Shown here piece by piece: positions 55,400-64,000 of a stretch of DNA of 64,000 nucleotides. The position numbers and the translations under genes are program-made. Within the stretch, counting starts at the first letter, position 1. Each line of letters starts with the position of its first letter. Source of the DNA: a candidate division CPR2 bacterium GW2011_GWC2_39_35 (GTDB taxonomy: Bacteria; Patescibacteriota; CPR2). Below the pieces are notes generated by a model. That model ran no database searches and had not been told where the DNA came from. It was given only the letters and a program-made list of their open reading frames with translations. The stretch spans positions 31,563 through 95,562 of the forward strand of contig LBWX01000001.1 of NCBI GenBank assembly GCA_000995065.1. The letters are read 5' to 3'.

Positions 55400-55579
55400 A
55401 TGAAAAGAAACTGGCTAAGCATATTTTTTATCTGTATACTCATTATTTTATTTGCAAAGGTTTACAATGCTAAGTCCTTTAAGGATTTAGGCGCCGTCCT
55501 CAGTGCCGTAGCAGGCTCAACTTTTGCCTTAATAATAACAAAAGCCCTAGTAAGATTAAAAGATGCAGATGATAAATAA
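55400..55579 (+). CDS. Small two-TM membrane protein
   Basis: MKRNWLSIFF...; two hydrophobic segments; TGnTATAAT just upstream. Confidence 0.6.
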   Translation: MKRNWLSIFFICILIILFAKVYNAKSFKDLGAVLSAVAGSTFALIITKALVRLKDADDK

Positions 55580-55695
55580 TTTTATTTTCAAATTAGCTGT
55601 TTAAAAATTGTACATTTAAAATCTAATAGTTGCTAGCATTAATGAAATTCAACAATTTGAGTGGGGTGGAGTGAGAATGCGCGTCAATTTAAGGC

Positions 55696-56052
55696 ATGAC
55701 GTATGGGAAACAAGATCGCTGGAGAAAAAAAAGGAACCTTATCGTAAAGGTTACAAGCAGGCAGTTCGAAGCTATTCGCCATATTTTTACGAAAGCTATT
55801 GCGGATGGTGGTATGGCTAATTATTCCTTAAATGAATTAAAGGTAGTGCTTGGGCTAGAAAACAGTGCTTTTCGTTCTCTTATAAAAGCATTGCACATGA
55901 ATAAAAGGCTCATTAACGTTGCTGGAGATGAATATAGCATTAATCATAAGAAGCTTATAAGCATAAAGGAAATAGTTGTTGTAAACGGCTCTGGTAGCCA
56001 TCATCCTACGGGTAAGAAATGGATTGGCGAAACTGGACAATTTAAAAACTAG
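55696..56052 (+). CDS. Hypothetical basic protein, possibly winged-helix
   Basis: SLNELK..LGL....FRSLIK.L...LI pattern; followed by a terminator. Confidence 0.5.
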   Translation: MTYGKQDRWRKKRNLIVKVTSRQFEAIRHIFTKAIADGGMANYSLNELKVVLGLENSAFRSLIKALHMNKRLINVAGDEYSINHKKLISIKEIVVVNGSGSHHPTGKKWIGETGQFKN

Positions 56053-56309
56053 CCTCCTTTTCTGCGCAATGAACGTTTCTACAAAAAGAGCTTGGTATGA
56101 CAAGAAACCGGCTCTTTTTTATTTTTAAATTTAATTAACGCTTCTTATGATTGATATTTAGCGCTCTTTATGTTATGCTATAATGTTTTTATAAACTAAA
56201 GAAAAAATAGCTTTAAATGTCCTTTAACATTCTCGGTAAACGGCTAATGGCCGATTAACAAATACATAATCTTGTATCCTAGGTTGCGTCTTAGTTATTG
56301 GAGGCAAAA

Positions 56310-56894
56310 ATGTTAGCAATGAAAGCAGTATGTGTCCCGGATTCCTTGGTCTCAATCAACGATCCGCGTATTGGTGAGGAAAAACCTGCCAAGACGAGCG
56401 AAGTGTCGAGATTAAGATGGGAATTAGGAGGTATCGGATTTAAGGAGAGACACGACTTTGTCTTTTGGGATGAAGAAAAAGAAAGGCTAAAAGTTGAAAA
56501 TGGACAGCAAGGCGCAATAAAACTTACGAAGAATCAATTCATCGATGTACTTGAGGGCCGTCACGAAATTCCGGAATGGGCGAGAACAAGGATAGTCGAA
56601 TGGGTAACTGCCTGGACTGGACCGAGCGATCAGTTTGATTGCGATGATTTTTTCAATATCGACAAGAGAATTGAGGCGCAAGTAAATAAGATTACGGCCC
56701 TCGGATTTACTAATCCAGACGAAGTCCCATACTCTTCTCTTCTAAGAAAAGAGCTTTCTAGGCTGAGAAAAATCAGAGAAGCAAAAAGGATGGCTGATCT
56801 TAAGGATCGTTATATGATTAAAGATCCCGATCGGCTTAAAGTCTTTCAGAAAACTATGAAGAAGCATCATATTAACTATTGGTCGCCGATTTAA
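56310..56894 (+). CDS. Hypothetical protein
   Basis: SD GGAGG before ATG 56310; long ORF; downstream hairpin AAAGCGCCC/GGGCGCTTT. Confidence 0.7.
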   Translation: MLAMKAVCVPDSLVSINDPRIGEEKPAKTSEVSRLRWELGGIGFKERHDFVFWDEEKERLKVENGQQGAIKLTKNQFIDVLEGRHEIPEWARTRIVEWVTAWTGPSDQFDCDDFFNIDKRIEAQVNKITALGFTNPDEVPYSSLLRKELSRLRKIREAKRMADLKDRYMIKDPDRLKVFQKTMKKHHINYWSPI

Positions 56895-56975
56895 TCTCAG
56901 AAGTATTTGTTTCAAAGCGCCCCTAAGGGAGTTGTTTGCCCCGGGCGCTTTAATTTTGTACAATAAATACAATAT

Positions 56976-57467
56976 ATGACAAAAGATTATTACAACGTTA
57001 TAAAACAGTTTAGTGATAAGCTTCCCAAGTTTCCGGATGGCCGGATTAATTATAGCGGCACAAATAGGGCGCCGGTAATTAATGCCCTCGTAAAATATAG
57101 AGACGAAATTTTAATTTTAAAAAGAAGTGATAAGGTTGCTAATTATAAAGGGAAATGGAATTCTATAGGCGGTTTTTTGGATGAAGCAAAGCCCTTAAAA
57201 CAAAAGGTTTTAGAAGAGGTAAATGAAGAACTTGGCATCACCGAAGATGAAATTGAAGAAGCGAGATTATTTGAAAGCTATGTATTTTATGATGAGTCAA
57301 TTGATAAAACCTGGATCAGTTTTCCGGCATTAATCGAACTTAAGGTTAAGCCTGAAATAAAGCTAGACCAGGAACACACAGATTATAAGTGGATTAAACC
57401 GGAAGATCTAAAAAAATACGAATTTATTCCAGGGCTAGATGAGGCAATAAAGAAGATTCTGAAATAG
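56976..57467 (+). CDS. NUDIX hydrolase
   Basis: ILKRS...Y.GKW..IGG..DE......LEEVNEELG, EH.DY.W. Confidence 0.9.
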   Translation: MTKDYYNVIKQFSDKLPKFPDGRINYSGTNRAPVINALVKYRDEILILKRSDKVANYKGKWNSIGGFLDEAKPLKQKVLEEVNEELGITEDEIEEARLFESYVFYDESIDKTWISFPALIELKVKPEIKLDQEHTDYKWIKPEDLKKYEFIPGLDEAIKKILK

Positions 57468-57544
57468 TATGTATAGTGAGAGGCTATAACTAAATTAGAT
57501 TAAATGCTTTATAATTTAGTCGTTTTGCGATAGAATACATTTGT

Positions 57545-58312
57545 ATGATAACAATTGCTCTTACAAACCAAAAAGGCGGAGTTGGTAAAACAACCACTGC
57601 CATCAATCTGGCAGCTTATTTAGGTAAATACGGAAAACGTGTGCTTTTAGTTGATTTAGATCCTCAAGCCAATTCCTCGAGCGGCCTTGGCTTAGACATA
57701 AGATCTCTGAAGGCAGGTCTTTATGATGTAATTGTCGGCGAGGTACCTATTGCGGACGCAATTTTAAAAGTTGATACTAAAAACTTAAATATCATCCCTT
57801 CTGATCCCACTTTGGCTGCCGCCGAAGTGGAGTTAGTTGGAACGATGGGCAGGGAATCTAGACTTAAAAAGGCTTTGGAAGGTGTACAGGAAAGGTACGA
57901 TTTTTGTCTCATCGATTGTCCACCATCCTTAAGTCTGCTTACATTAAATGGCTTAGTGGCTGCCGATAGGGTAATTATTCCGGTCCAAAGCGAATATTAC
58001 GCCCTTGAAGGTCTTGGACATTTGCTTCATACTATAGATCGGGTTAGAATGAATTTAAACCCGTATTTAAAAATACTTGGAATAGTTCTTACAATGTATG
58101 ACCATAGAACGGTGCTATCGCAGCAAGTCCAGGTAGAAGTTAAAAAACATTTTGCAGATAAATTATTTAATTCTTTAATACCAAGGAACATCCGCCTGGC
58201 AGAGGCGCCGAGTCATGGTAAAAGCATTTTGCAATATGACAGATTCTGCAAAGGAGCCTCGTCATACAAAAGCTTAGCAAAGGAGGTAATAGAGAGATGT
58301 CAAAAGGATTAG
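57545..58312 (+). CDS. parA: Chromosome partitioning ATPase ParA/Soj
   Basis: NQKGGVGKTTT, DLDPQAN, IDCPPSL, EYYALEG, IPRNIRLAEAPS. Confidence 0.97.
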   Translation: MITIALTNQKGGVGKTTTAINLAAYLGKYGKRVLLVDLDPQANSSSGLGLDIRSLKAGLYDVIVGEVPIADAILKVDTKNLNIIPSDPTLAAAEVELVGTMGRESRLKKALEGVQERYDFCLIDCPPSLSLLTLNGLVAADRVIIPVQSEYYALEGLGHLLHTIDRVRMNLNPYLKILGIVLTMYDHRTVLSQQVQVEVKKHFADKLFNSLIPRNIRLAEAPSHGKSILQYDRFCKGASSYKSLAKEVIERCQKD

Positions 58313-59133
58313 GAAGAGGTTTGGAATCTCTGATTCCCACAACCGGACAAATTGAAAAAACCATCGGTTTAAAGCCGTCGGACATAAATGAAGTGCCAAT
58401 AGAAAAGGTAGTAGCTAACCCAAACCAACCCCGATATACCTTTGATGAAGATGCTCTATCAGAATTAGCCGAATCGATTAAAACGCATGGGATAATTCAG
58501 CCTCTTATTGCTACCAAAAATGGTGACAAATACGAGCTTATAGCCGGTGAAAGACGTCTAAGAGCCGCAAAAATTGCAAACTTTAAGACCGTACCAATTA
58601 TCGTAAGGACCTATGACGAGCAACAAAAGCTCGAGATTGCGATTATCGAAAACATTCAGAGGCATAATCTAAATCCCTTAGAAGAGGCAATGGCCTTCCA
58701 GAGACTTCAGGACGATTTTAATCTAACTCAAGAAGAAGTATCCAAGAAAATGGGCAAAAGTCGAAGTGCCGTCGCCAACACTTTAAGGCTATTAAACTTG
58801 CCTGTTGAAATCAAAAGAGGGCTTGTTGATGGTAAGATTACCGAGGGGCATGCAAGAGCTATTCTTTCGGTAGATGATCCTCAAAAGAGAATGGATTTGT
58901 ATAATCAAATCTTGGCCGATAAGCTAAACGTTCGAACTGTCGAAGCCAAGGCCAAAACGCTTTCCGCCAAGACAAAAGAAGATAATTCGAGCATTTATCT
59001 CGATCTAGAGTCAAAGCTGCGAAACAGTCTGGGCGCAAAGGTCAAAATCCAGCCACAAGGCAAAGGCGGCAAGATTGTGATAGATTTCTATAGCGACGAG
59101 GAACTAGAAAGCTTGATGGAGAAGATGAGCTAA
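58297..59133 (+). CDS. parB: Chromosome partitioning protein ParB/Spo0J
   Basis: GLGRGL, NP.QPR..F, AGERR.RA, ENIQR..LNP.EEA, GKSRSAVAN.LRLL. Confidence 0.97.
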   Translation: MSKGLGRGLESLIPTTGQIEKTIGLKPSDINEVPIEKVVANPNQPRYTFDEDALSELAESIKTHGIIQPLIATKNGDKYELIAGERRLRAAKIANFKTVPIIVRTYDEQQKLEIAIIENIQRHNLNPLEEAMAFQRLQDDFNLTQEEVSKKMGKSRSAVANTLRLLNLPVEIKRGLVDGKITEGHARAILSVDDPQKRMDLYNQILADKLNVRTVEAKAKTLSAKTKEDNSSIYLDLESKLRNSLGAKVKIQPQGKGGKIVIDFYSDEELESLMEKMS

Positions 59134-59181
59134 ATAAATTACTAATTAATCTAATTTCTAATTGCTCTACCAAATCTCAAT

Positions 59182-59799
59182 TTAGGCTTTATTATAAACA
59201 GGGCTTTTTATTAGCTCAAAACCAGGCAAGAGTCGAACCCAAACTTTACCTATAATGTGGTCTCTTGTTAAGGCTCCCCATTCTCTGGAATCTGAGCTGG
59301 CATTTGGTTCGCGGTTGTCGCCGATAACAAAATATTCATCACCGGCTAATTTTTTTTCGATAGAGCCGAGCGTTGGTGTATTGGGCTCGATATATTTTTC
59401 ATTAAGTGTTATAAAATCATCATTTCCATTTGTTCTCACTGAAACCTCGCCATTTCTAATATTTACGGTTTCTCCTGGCAAACCGATTATCCTTTTAATA
59501 TAATTCTTGCAAGGATCCGTTTTGCCGATTTTTGAAGTATAACCTTGCTTTACAAAACTATCACACTCCGATGTCGGATGCTTTAAAACAACTACCTGAC
59601 CCCTCTTGGGCGCTAAGATGTGATAAGTAAGTTCATCAATAATTAGATAATCATTATTTTGATATGTTGGCTCCATAGAAGAGCCCACAACATAAAAAGG
59701 TTGAACTACAAAATTTCTTATTACAAAAACGAATAGCACTATGAGAAGTACTGTTTTTATTATTTCTCCGACGAAAAGTAAATTATCATTTTTGGGCAT
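59182..59799 (-). CDS. lepB: Signal peptidase I
   Basis: GSSMEPT, YIKRIIGLPGE, GDNR...SSDSR.WG; start placed at MPKND. Confidence 0.95.
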   Translation of the reverse strand: MPKNDNLLFVGEIIKTVLLIVLFVFVIRNFVVQPFYVVGSSMEPTYQNNDYLIIDELTYHILAPKRGQVVVLKHPTSECDSFVKQGYTSKIGKTDPCKNYIKRIIGLPGETVNIRNGEVSVRTNGNDDFITLNEKYIEPNTPTLGSIEKKLAGDEYFVIGDNREPNASSDSREWGALTRDHIIGKVWVRLLPGFELIKSPVYNKA

Positions 59800-59874
59800 A
59801 AAAGTATTATAGTATAAAAAAGTATTGGAATACAATAAAAAATTTTCTATAATACTAGGGTTAAAGGTGAAGCT

Positions 59875-61242
59875 ATGATTAAAAAGGGAACAAGGGTGTC
59901 GCTGGAAAACAGCCGGCAAACAGGAAAATCCAGACTAGACAACTTAGAAAAAAAGAAAAAAAACTCTCGAAAGAAAAAGATCCTTATTGCAGTAATAATG
60001 ATTTTTTTAGTAGCCACCGGCTTTTTGGGATGGCGCGTTTGGGGGGCATTTAATAAAATATTTAGCGACGGAATGAATCCGCTTTCGATTTTGGCAAACT
60101 TAAAACCAACCTCTTTGGCGGGGGAGTCCGAAGGTAGAACCAATATTCTACTCCTCGGGACCGGAGACAAGGATTGGCCGGGAGGAGACTTAACGGACAC
60201 AATAATGGTTGCCAGCATAAATCCAAAAACAAGTGATGTGGCTTTAATTTCTATTCCGAGGGATTTCTATGTAAAGATAGAGGATCATGGTTGGGATAAA
60301 ATTAATTCGGCTTATGTTTACGGCGAGCAAAATCAGTATCAGGGTGGCGGAGCAGCCTTAACGTCGAAAACGGTTTCTGATGTATTGGATATCCCCATAC
60401 ACTATTACGCAAAAATTGACTTTACGGCTTTTAAAAAAGCAATCGACTCTGTTGGCGGAATTGACATCACCCCGTCAGAAAATCTCTACGATCCATATTA
60501 TCCAGGCGGCACAGTTTCTTTTAAGGGAGGCAGGAACTACCACATGAATGGAGAACTGGCTTTAAAATATGCAAGATCCAGACAAACAACTTCTGATTTT
60601 GATAGAGCAAGAAGACAGCAAGAGGTTTTGGTTGCCCTTAAAGAAAAATCAATGTCTCTAGGGACGCTATCTAACCCAAAGACAGTCTTAGAATTAATTG
60701 ATATTCTTGGTGATCATATTAGAACCAGTTTAAAGCCGAATGAAATGAAAAGGTTAGCGGATATCGTCAATAGTATCAACAAAGACAAGGTAATTAGCGC
60801 AGTGATTGATGGAGAGAAAACTAAACTAGCAACCACTGGCAACGTTAATGGTGCTTCTGTTGTTTTACCTGTACTTGGAAAAGGAAAATACGCCGATATC
60901 CAGGATTATGTCCAGAATATCTTTACTGCCGACAACAAAGTCGGCAGCCTTACAGACGAGAAAGCCAAAATAATGGTTCAAAATGGAGCTGGTATTCCGG
61001 GACTAGCAGCTACCGCTACTGAGAATCTGACCAAAAAAGAATATTTAATAGTCGGCACCGAAAATGCTGACAAATCAACTTACACAAAAACTAAAATTAT
61101 TGATTATGCCAACGGACAAAAAAAGTTGACAATCAAATCTCTCGAAGATTATTTTAGTATAACGAGTGTGAAACAAACTACATCCACTGCTAATTATGAT
61201 ATTTTGATTATTATTGGTCAGGACTATGAACCAGAAAATTAA
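59875..61242 (+). CDS. LytR-CpsA-Psr (LCP) family protein with LytR_C domain
   Basis: NILLLG, TDTIM, SIPRD, KINSAY, YARSR...DFDR..RQQ, V.NG.G..GLA. Confidence 0.95.
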   Translation: MIKKGTRVSLENSRQTGKSRLDNLEKKKKNSRKKKILIAVIMIFLVATGFLGWRVWGAFNKIFSDGMNPLSILANLKPTSLAGESEGRTNILLLGTGDKDWPGGDLTDTIMVASINPKTSDVALISIPRDFYVKIEDHGWDKINSAYVYGEQNQYQGGGAALTSKTVSDVLDIPIHYYAKIDFTAFKKAIDSVGGIDITPSENLYDPYYPGGTVSFKGGRNYHMNGELALKYARSRQTTSDFDRARRQQEVLVALKEKSMSLGTLSNPKTVLELIDILGDHIRTSLKPNEMKRLADIVNSINKDKVISAVIDGEKTKLATTGNVNGASVVLPVLGKGKYADIQDYVQNIFTADNKVGSLTDEKAKIMVQNGAGIPGLAATATENLTKKEYLIVGTENADKSTYTKTKIIDYANGQKKLTIKSLEDYFSITSVKQTTSTANYDILIIIGQDYEPEN

Positions 61243-62050
61243 GCTTTTTACATCATTTGCGTCAAGCGTGCTTCTTTTGTTAGCAAGCTTCTATCCTTCA
61301 TCTAGCAGCACAAGACTGTTTTGGTATTATCTTCTAGTCGCCTTACTAGTTAATGTTGTGGCCGTGCTATTTATAGCGGGTCCTAAACTTCAAGATCTAA
61401 AACAAAAATGGGATTTTTTTATTTTACCAATTCTTCTGAGTATAGGGATATTTTTTTTTGTGACATACTATCCGAGTAAGATATTACAAATTTTAATTTC
61501 TTTATTTTTCGGAAGCGCGCTGTTCTTTGTGTATAATTCTCTCTCTGCTTGCCGCGATAAAAAGCTAGCGCTTCCGATATTCTATCGAAATTTGCTTACA
61601 ATTTTGTCGCTTGGAACGATCTTTCTAATGTCGGGTATCATATACAATTTTTATTTATATTGGGAACTTCCGGTGTATTATTTGATATTGCCGCATTTTA
61701 TAGTAGTTTTTGGGATCAACCACTTTCTTACAAAACATATGTTAGTGGCCCCAAGTGTTTATTCTCATCTTTATAATCTCATTATGAGCTTAATCATTTT
61801 AGAGGTGTCCTGGGTGCTTAGTTTTTGGTCAGTAAATTATCCTGCACCGCCGGAAAAAATATCATTTTCGTATCTTGGTATTCCAGTTGCATCCATTATA
61901 ATTCTTATAGTTTATTACTGCATATGGGGTATGGTGTATTATTTGATCGAGGGTAGGCTTACAAAAAAAGTTATATATGAATATCTGTCCGTAGGAGCAA
62001 TAACCTTAATTCTTATATTGCTAACCACGAAATGGTTACCGATCGTTTAA
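61226..62050 (+). CDS. Multi-pass membrane protein of unknown function
   Basis: About 9 hydrophobic helices; overlaps the LCP stop. Confidence 0.75.
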   Translation: MNQKIKLFTSFASSVLLLLASFYPSSSSTRLFWYYLLVALLVNVVAVLFIAGPKLQDLKQKWDFFILPILLSIGIFFFVTYYPSKILQILISLFFGSALFFVYNSLSACRDKKLALPIFYRNLLTILSLGTIFLMSGIIYNFYLYWELPVYYLILPHFIVVFGINHFLTKHMLVAPSVYSHLYNLIMSLIILEVSWVLSFWSVNYPAPPEKISFSYLGIPVASIIILIVYYCIWGMVYYLIEGRLTKKVIYEYLSVGAITLILILLTTKWLPIV

Positions 62051-62062
62051 AAGGAGGGATAA

Positions 62063-63187
62063 ATGAAAGCGGATAATCAGGATGTCAAATTTATTGTTGC
62101 ATTATGTATCGTTATAAGCCTTGTCGGGGGAATACTTGGCGGTATAGTTTTTTCTAGCTCTAATAATACTGGAAATAATTTCTTTAATGCGGGGACATCG
62201 AAAACTGAAAATGTTCAGGTCAGCGTGACTTCGGGTATAACGGAAGTGGTAAATAAAGTCTCTCCCGCTGTAGTCAGTATTACAAGCGAACACCTGACAA
62301 GAGGTTTTTGGGGACCTTACACCTCTAAAAGTTCCGGAACCGGATTTGTAGTTACTGCTGAAGGGCTTGTTATCACCAATAAGCATGTAGTTGAAGATGC
62401 AAATGCTTCGTACAGCGTGTTTACAAATGACGGAACCGAATATCCGGCCAAAGTTAAGGCTCAAGATCCCTTAAGTGATATTGCTTTTCTTCAAATGGAA
62501 AAAGCCAATGATTTAAAAACAATTGACCTAGGAGACTCTGATGAACTGCAAGTTGGCGAGCCCGTAATCGCCATTGGAAATGCTCTTGGGCAATATCAGA
62601 ATTCTGTTACTACAGGAATTGTTTCTGGAGTGGGGCGCGCTCTTCCGGTCGGGGACAGCGAAAGCGGCCAAGTAAACTCTTTAGACAATGTTATTCAAAC
62701 TGATGCTGCAATTAATCCGGGTAATTCCGGCGGCCCTTTGGTAAACATTCGAGGCCAAGTAATCGGTATTAACACAGCTATTGATCAGAGCGGTCAAAAT
62801 ATTGGCTTTGCGATTCCCATAAATTCGGTAAAAACAGCTTTAAAAAGCGTCCAATCCACCGGGAAGGTAATAAGACCTATCATTGGTATAAGCTATATTT
62901 CAATCACCAAGGATCTAGCTAAAAAAAATAACTTAAGCGTTAATGAGGGCGCCTTGGTTTACGTAAGCGGTAACTCTCCCGCGCTAAAGCCCGGTTCTCC
63001 TGCCGAGAAGGCCGGCATTAAAGAAAATGATATCATTACCAAAATCAACGATACTAAAATCGACGCAAAACATAGCTTAAGCTCTACTGTTAGAGAACAC
63101 TCGGTAGGCGAGACGATAAAGATTACCTTAATTAGAGATAGCAAAGAGATGAAGGTTGATGTCAAGCTCGAGGAACTCAAGCAGTAG
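62063..63187 (+). CDS. htrA: HtrA/DegP-family serine protease with PDZ domain
   Basis: GTGF, TNKHVV, DIA, QTDAAINPGNSGGPL, PDZ SPA.KAG. Confidence 0.95.
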   Translation: MKADNQDVKFIVALCIVISLVGGILGGIVFSSSNNTGNNFFNAGTSKTENVQVSVTSGITEVVNKVSPAVVSITSEHLTRGFWGPYTSKSSGTGFVVTAEGLVITNKHVVEDANASYSVFTNDGTEYPAKVKAQDPLSDIAFLQMEKANDLKTIDLGDSDELQVGEPVIAIGNALGQYQNSVTTGIVSGVGRALPVGDSESGQVNSLDNVIQTDAAINPGNSGGPLVNIRGQVIGINTAIDQSGQNIGFAIPINSVKTALKSVQSTGKVIRPIIGISYISITKDLAKKNNLSVNEGALVYVSGNSPALKPGSPAEKAGIKENDIITKINDTKIDAKHSLSSTVREHSVGETIKITLIRDSKEMKVDVKLEELKQ

Positions 63188-63322
63188 ATTGAAGAAGCTC
63201 GAATAAAGAATTTGGAATTAAGTATTAAGAATAGATTCCCATAGGACTAAAAACATATACCTTTAAGACTTTGTTCGTTTATCGTTTATCCTCTATCCCT
63301 TATACCTTATTCTTAATTCCGT

Positions 63323-64000
63323 TTACTTAAGATCATTCATGGCTGCTTCTTGGTCTGCTTCGATAAGCTTTTCGGTAAGATTAAAGATATTGCCGTCCAA
63401 GACATCGCTCATATTGTGTACGGAGAAATTAATACGATGATCCGTTATTCGATCTTGAGGATAGTTATAAGTTCTTATCTTCTCGGATCTGTCGCCACTG
63501 CCGATTTGACCCTTCCTGGCATCACCTCTTTTTTGTCTTTCTTCTTCTTCTCTTTTAGCAAGTAGCCTGGACCTTAAAACAGACATAGCCTTATCCCGAT
63601 TTTTTATCTGAGATCTCTCGTCTTGACATGTAACTACTATTCCCGTTGGCAAATGCGTAATTCTTACAGCTGAGTCGGTAGTATTAACACTCTGGCCTCC
63701 ACATCCGCCAGATCTGAAAACATCAACCCTTAAGTCGTTAGGGCTAATTCCGATATCTACTTCGCTTGCTTCAGCAAGAACTGCTACCGTTACCGTAGAC
63801 GTGTGAATTCGTCCGCCGCTCTCAGTCTTAGGTACCCTTTGAACGCGATGAACACCGCTTTCGTATTTTAAGTATTTGAATACATCTAGGCCTTCTATCT
63901 TGAATATAATTTCCTTAATACCGCCAATATCTGTCTCGTTTAGAGAAAGCACTTCCACCTTCCAGTTTTTCCGCTCCGCATATCTTGAATACATTCTGAA
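63323..64000 (-). CDS. prfA: Peptide chain release factor 1 (C-terminal part; start lies beyond the window)
   Basis: [14 protein letters not shown] (PxT, RF1), [17 protein letters not shown]. Confidence 0.97.
   Translation of the reverse strand, partial: FRMYSRYAERKNWKVEVLSLNETDIGGIKEIIFKIEGLDVFKYLKYESGVHRVQRVPKTESGGRIHTSTVTVAVLAEASEVDIGISPNDLRVDVFRSGGCGGQSVNTTDSAVRITHLPTGIVVTCQDERSQIKNRDKAMSVLRSRLLAKREEEERQKRGDARKGQIGSGDRSEKIRTYNYPQDRITDHRINFSVHNMSDVLDGNIFNLTEKLIEADQEAAMNDLK

Noticed and set aside
57468-59181. parS site or oriC near parAB
   Set aside because: No TGTTTCACGTGAAACA-like palindrome, dnaA gene or DnaA-box cluster seen here

Overview
AT-rich (roughly 35-40% GC by eye) bacterial chromosome segment using the standard code (TGA is a stop). 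The gene content and compact proteins (short IF2, 4-domain S1, shortened ATP synthase delta, IleRS2) suggest a Patescibacteria/CPR genome; this is inference. Most of the window is housekeeping: rpsA-infB-rbfA-nrnA, fmt-def-priA, secDF, recJ-rel-hisS-mtaB, hinT-rpsU-yqeY-ybeY-adk-map, ftsAZ, an nrdR-led ribonucleotide reductase cluster, a full F1Fo ATP synthase operon, ileS, rodA, rplU, copA, parAB, lepB, LCP, htrA and prfA. The unusual signals are mostly between the called ORFs. (1) Two adjacent leader-peptide attenuators (one Trp-rich, one Val/Leu/Ile/Met-rich) precede orphan ORFs and a non-canonical tRNA-Val(AAC)-like gene rather than biosynthetic genes. (2) The RNR cluster has an NrdJ-like protein lacking its catalytic cysteines, an NrdD whose glycyl-radical loop is a separate 56-aa ORF, and a Cys-free thioredoxin fold. 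(3) An ultrashort-Stem-I Ile T-box with a terminator carries palindromic REP-like insertions. (4) A 6S-like RNA sits behind a class II CRP promoter right after a Crp/Fnr gene. (5) There is a DUF72-metallophosphoesterase-nucleotidyltransferase-LigD phosphoesterase cluster, an IS5-like MITE and several heptamer-repeat spacers. All calls were made by eye, with no database searches or folding software.
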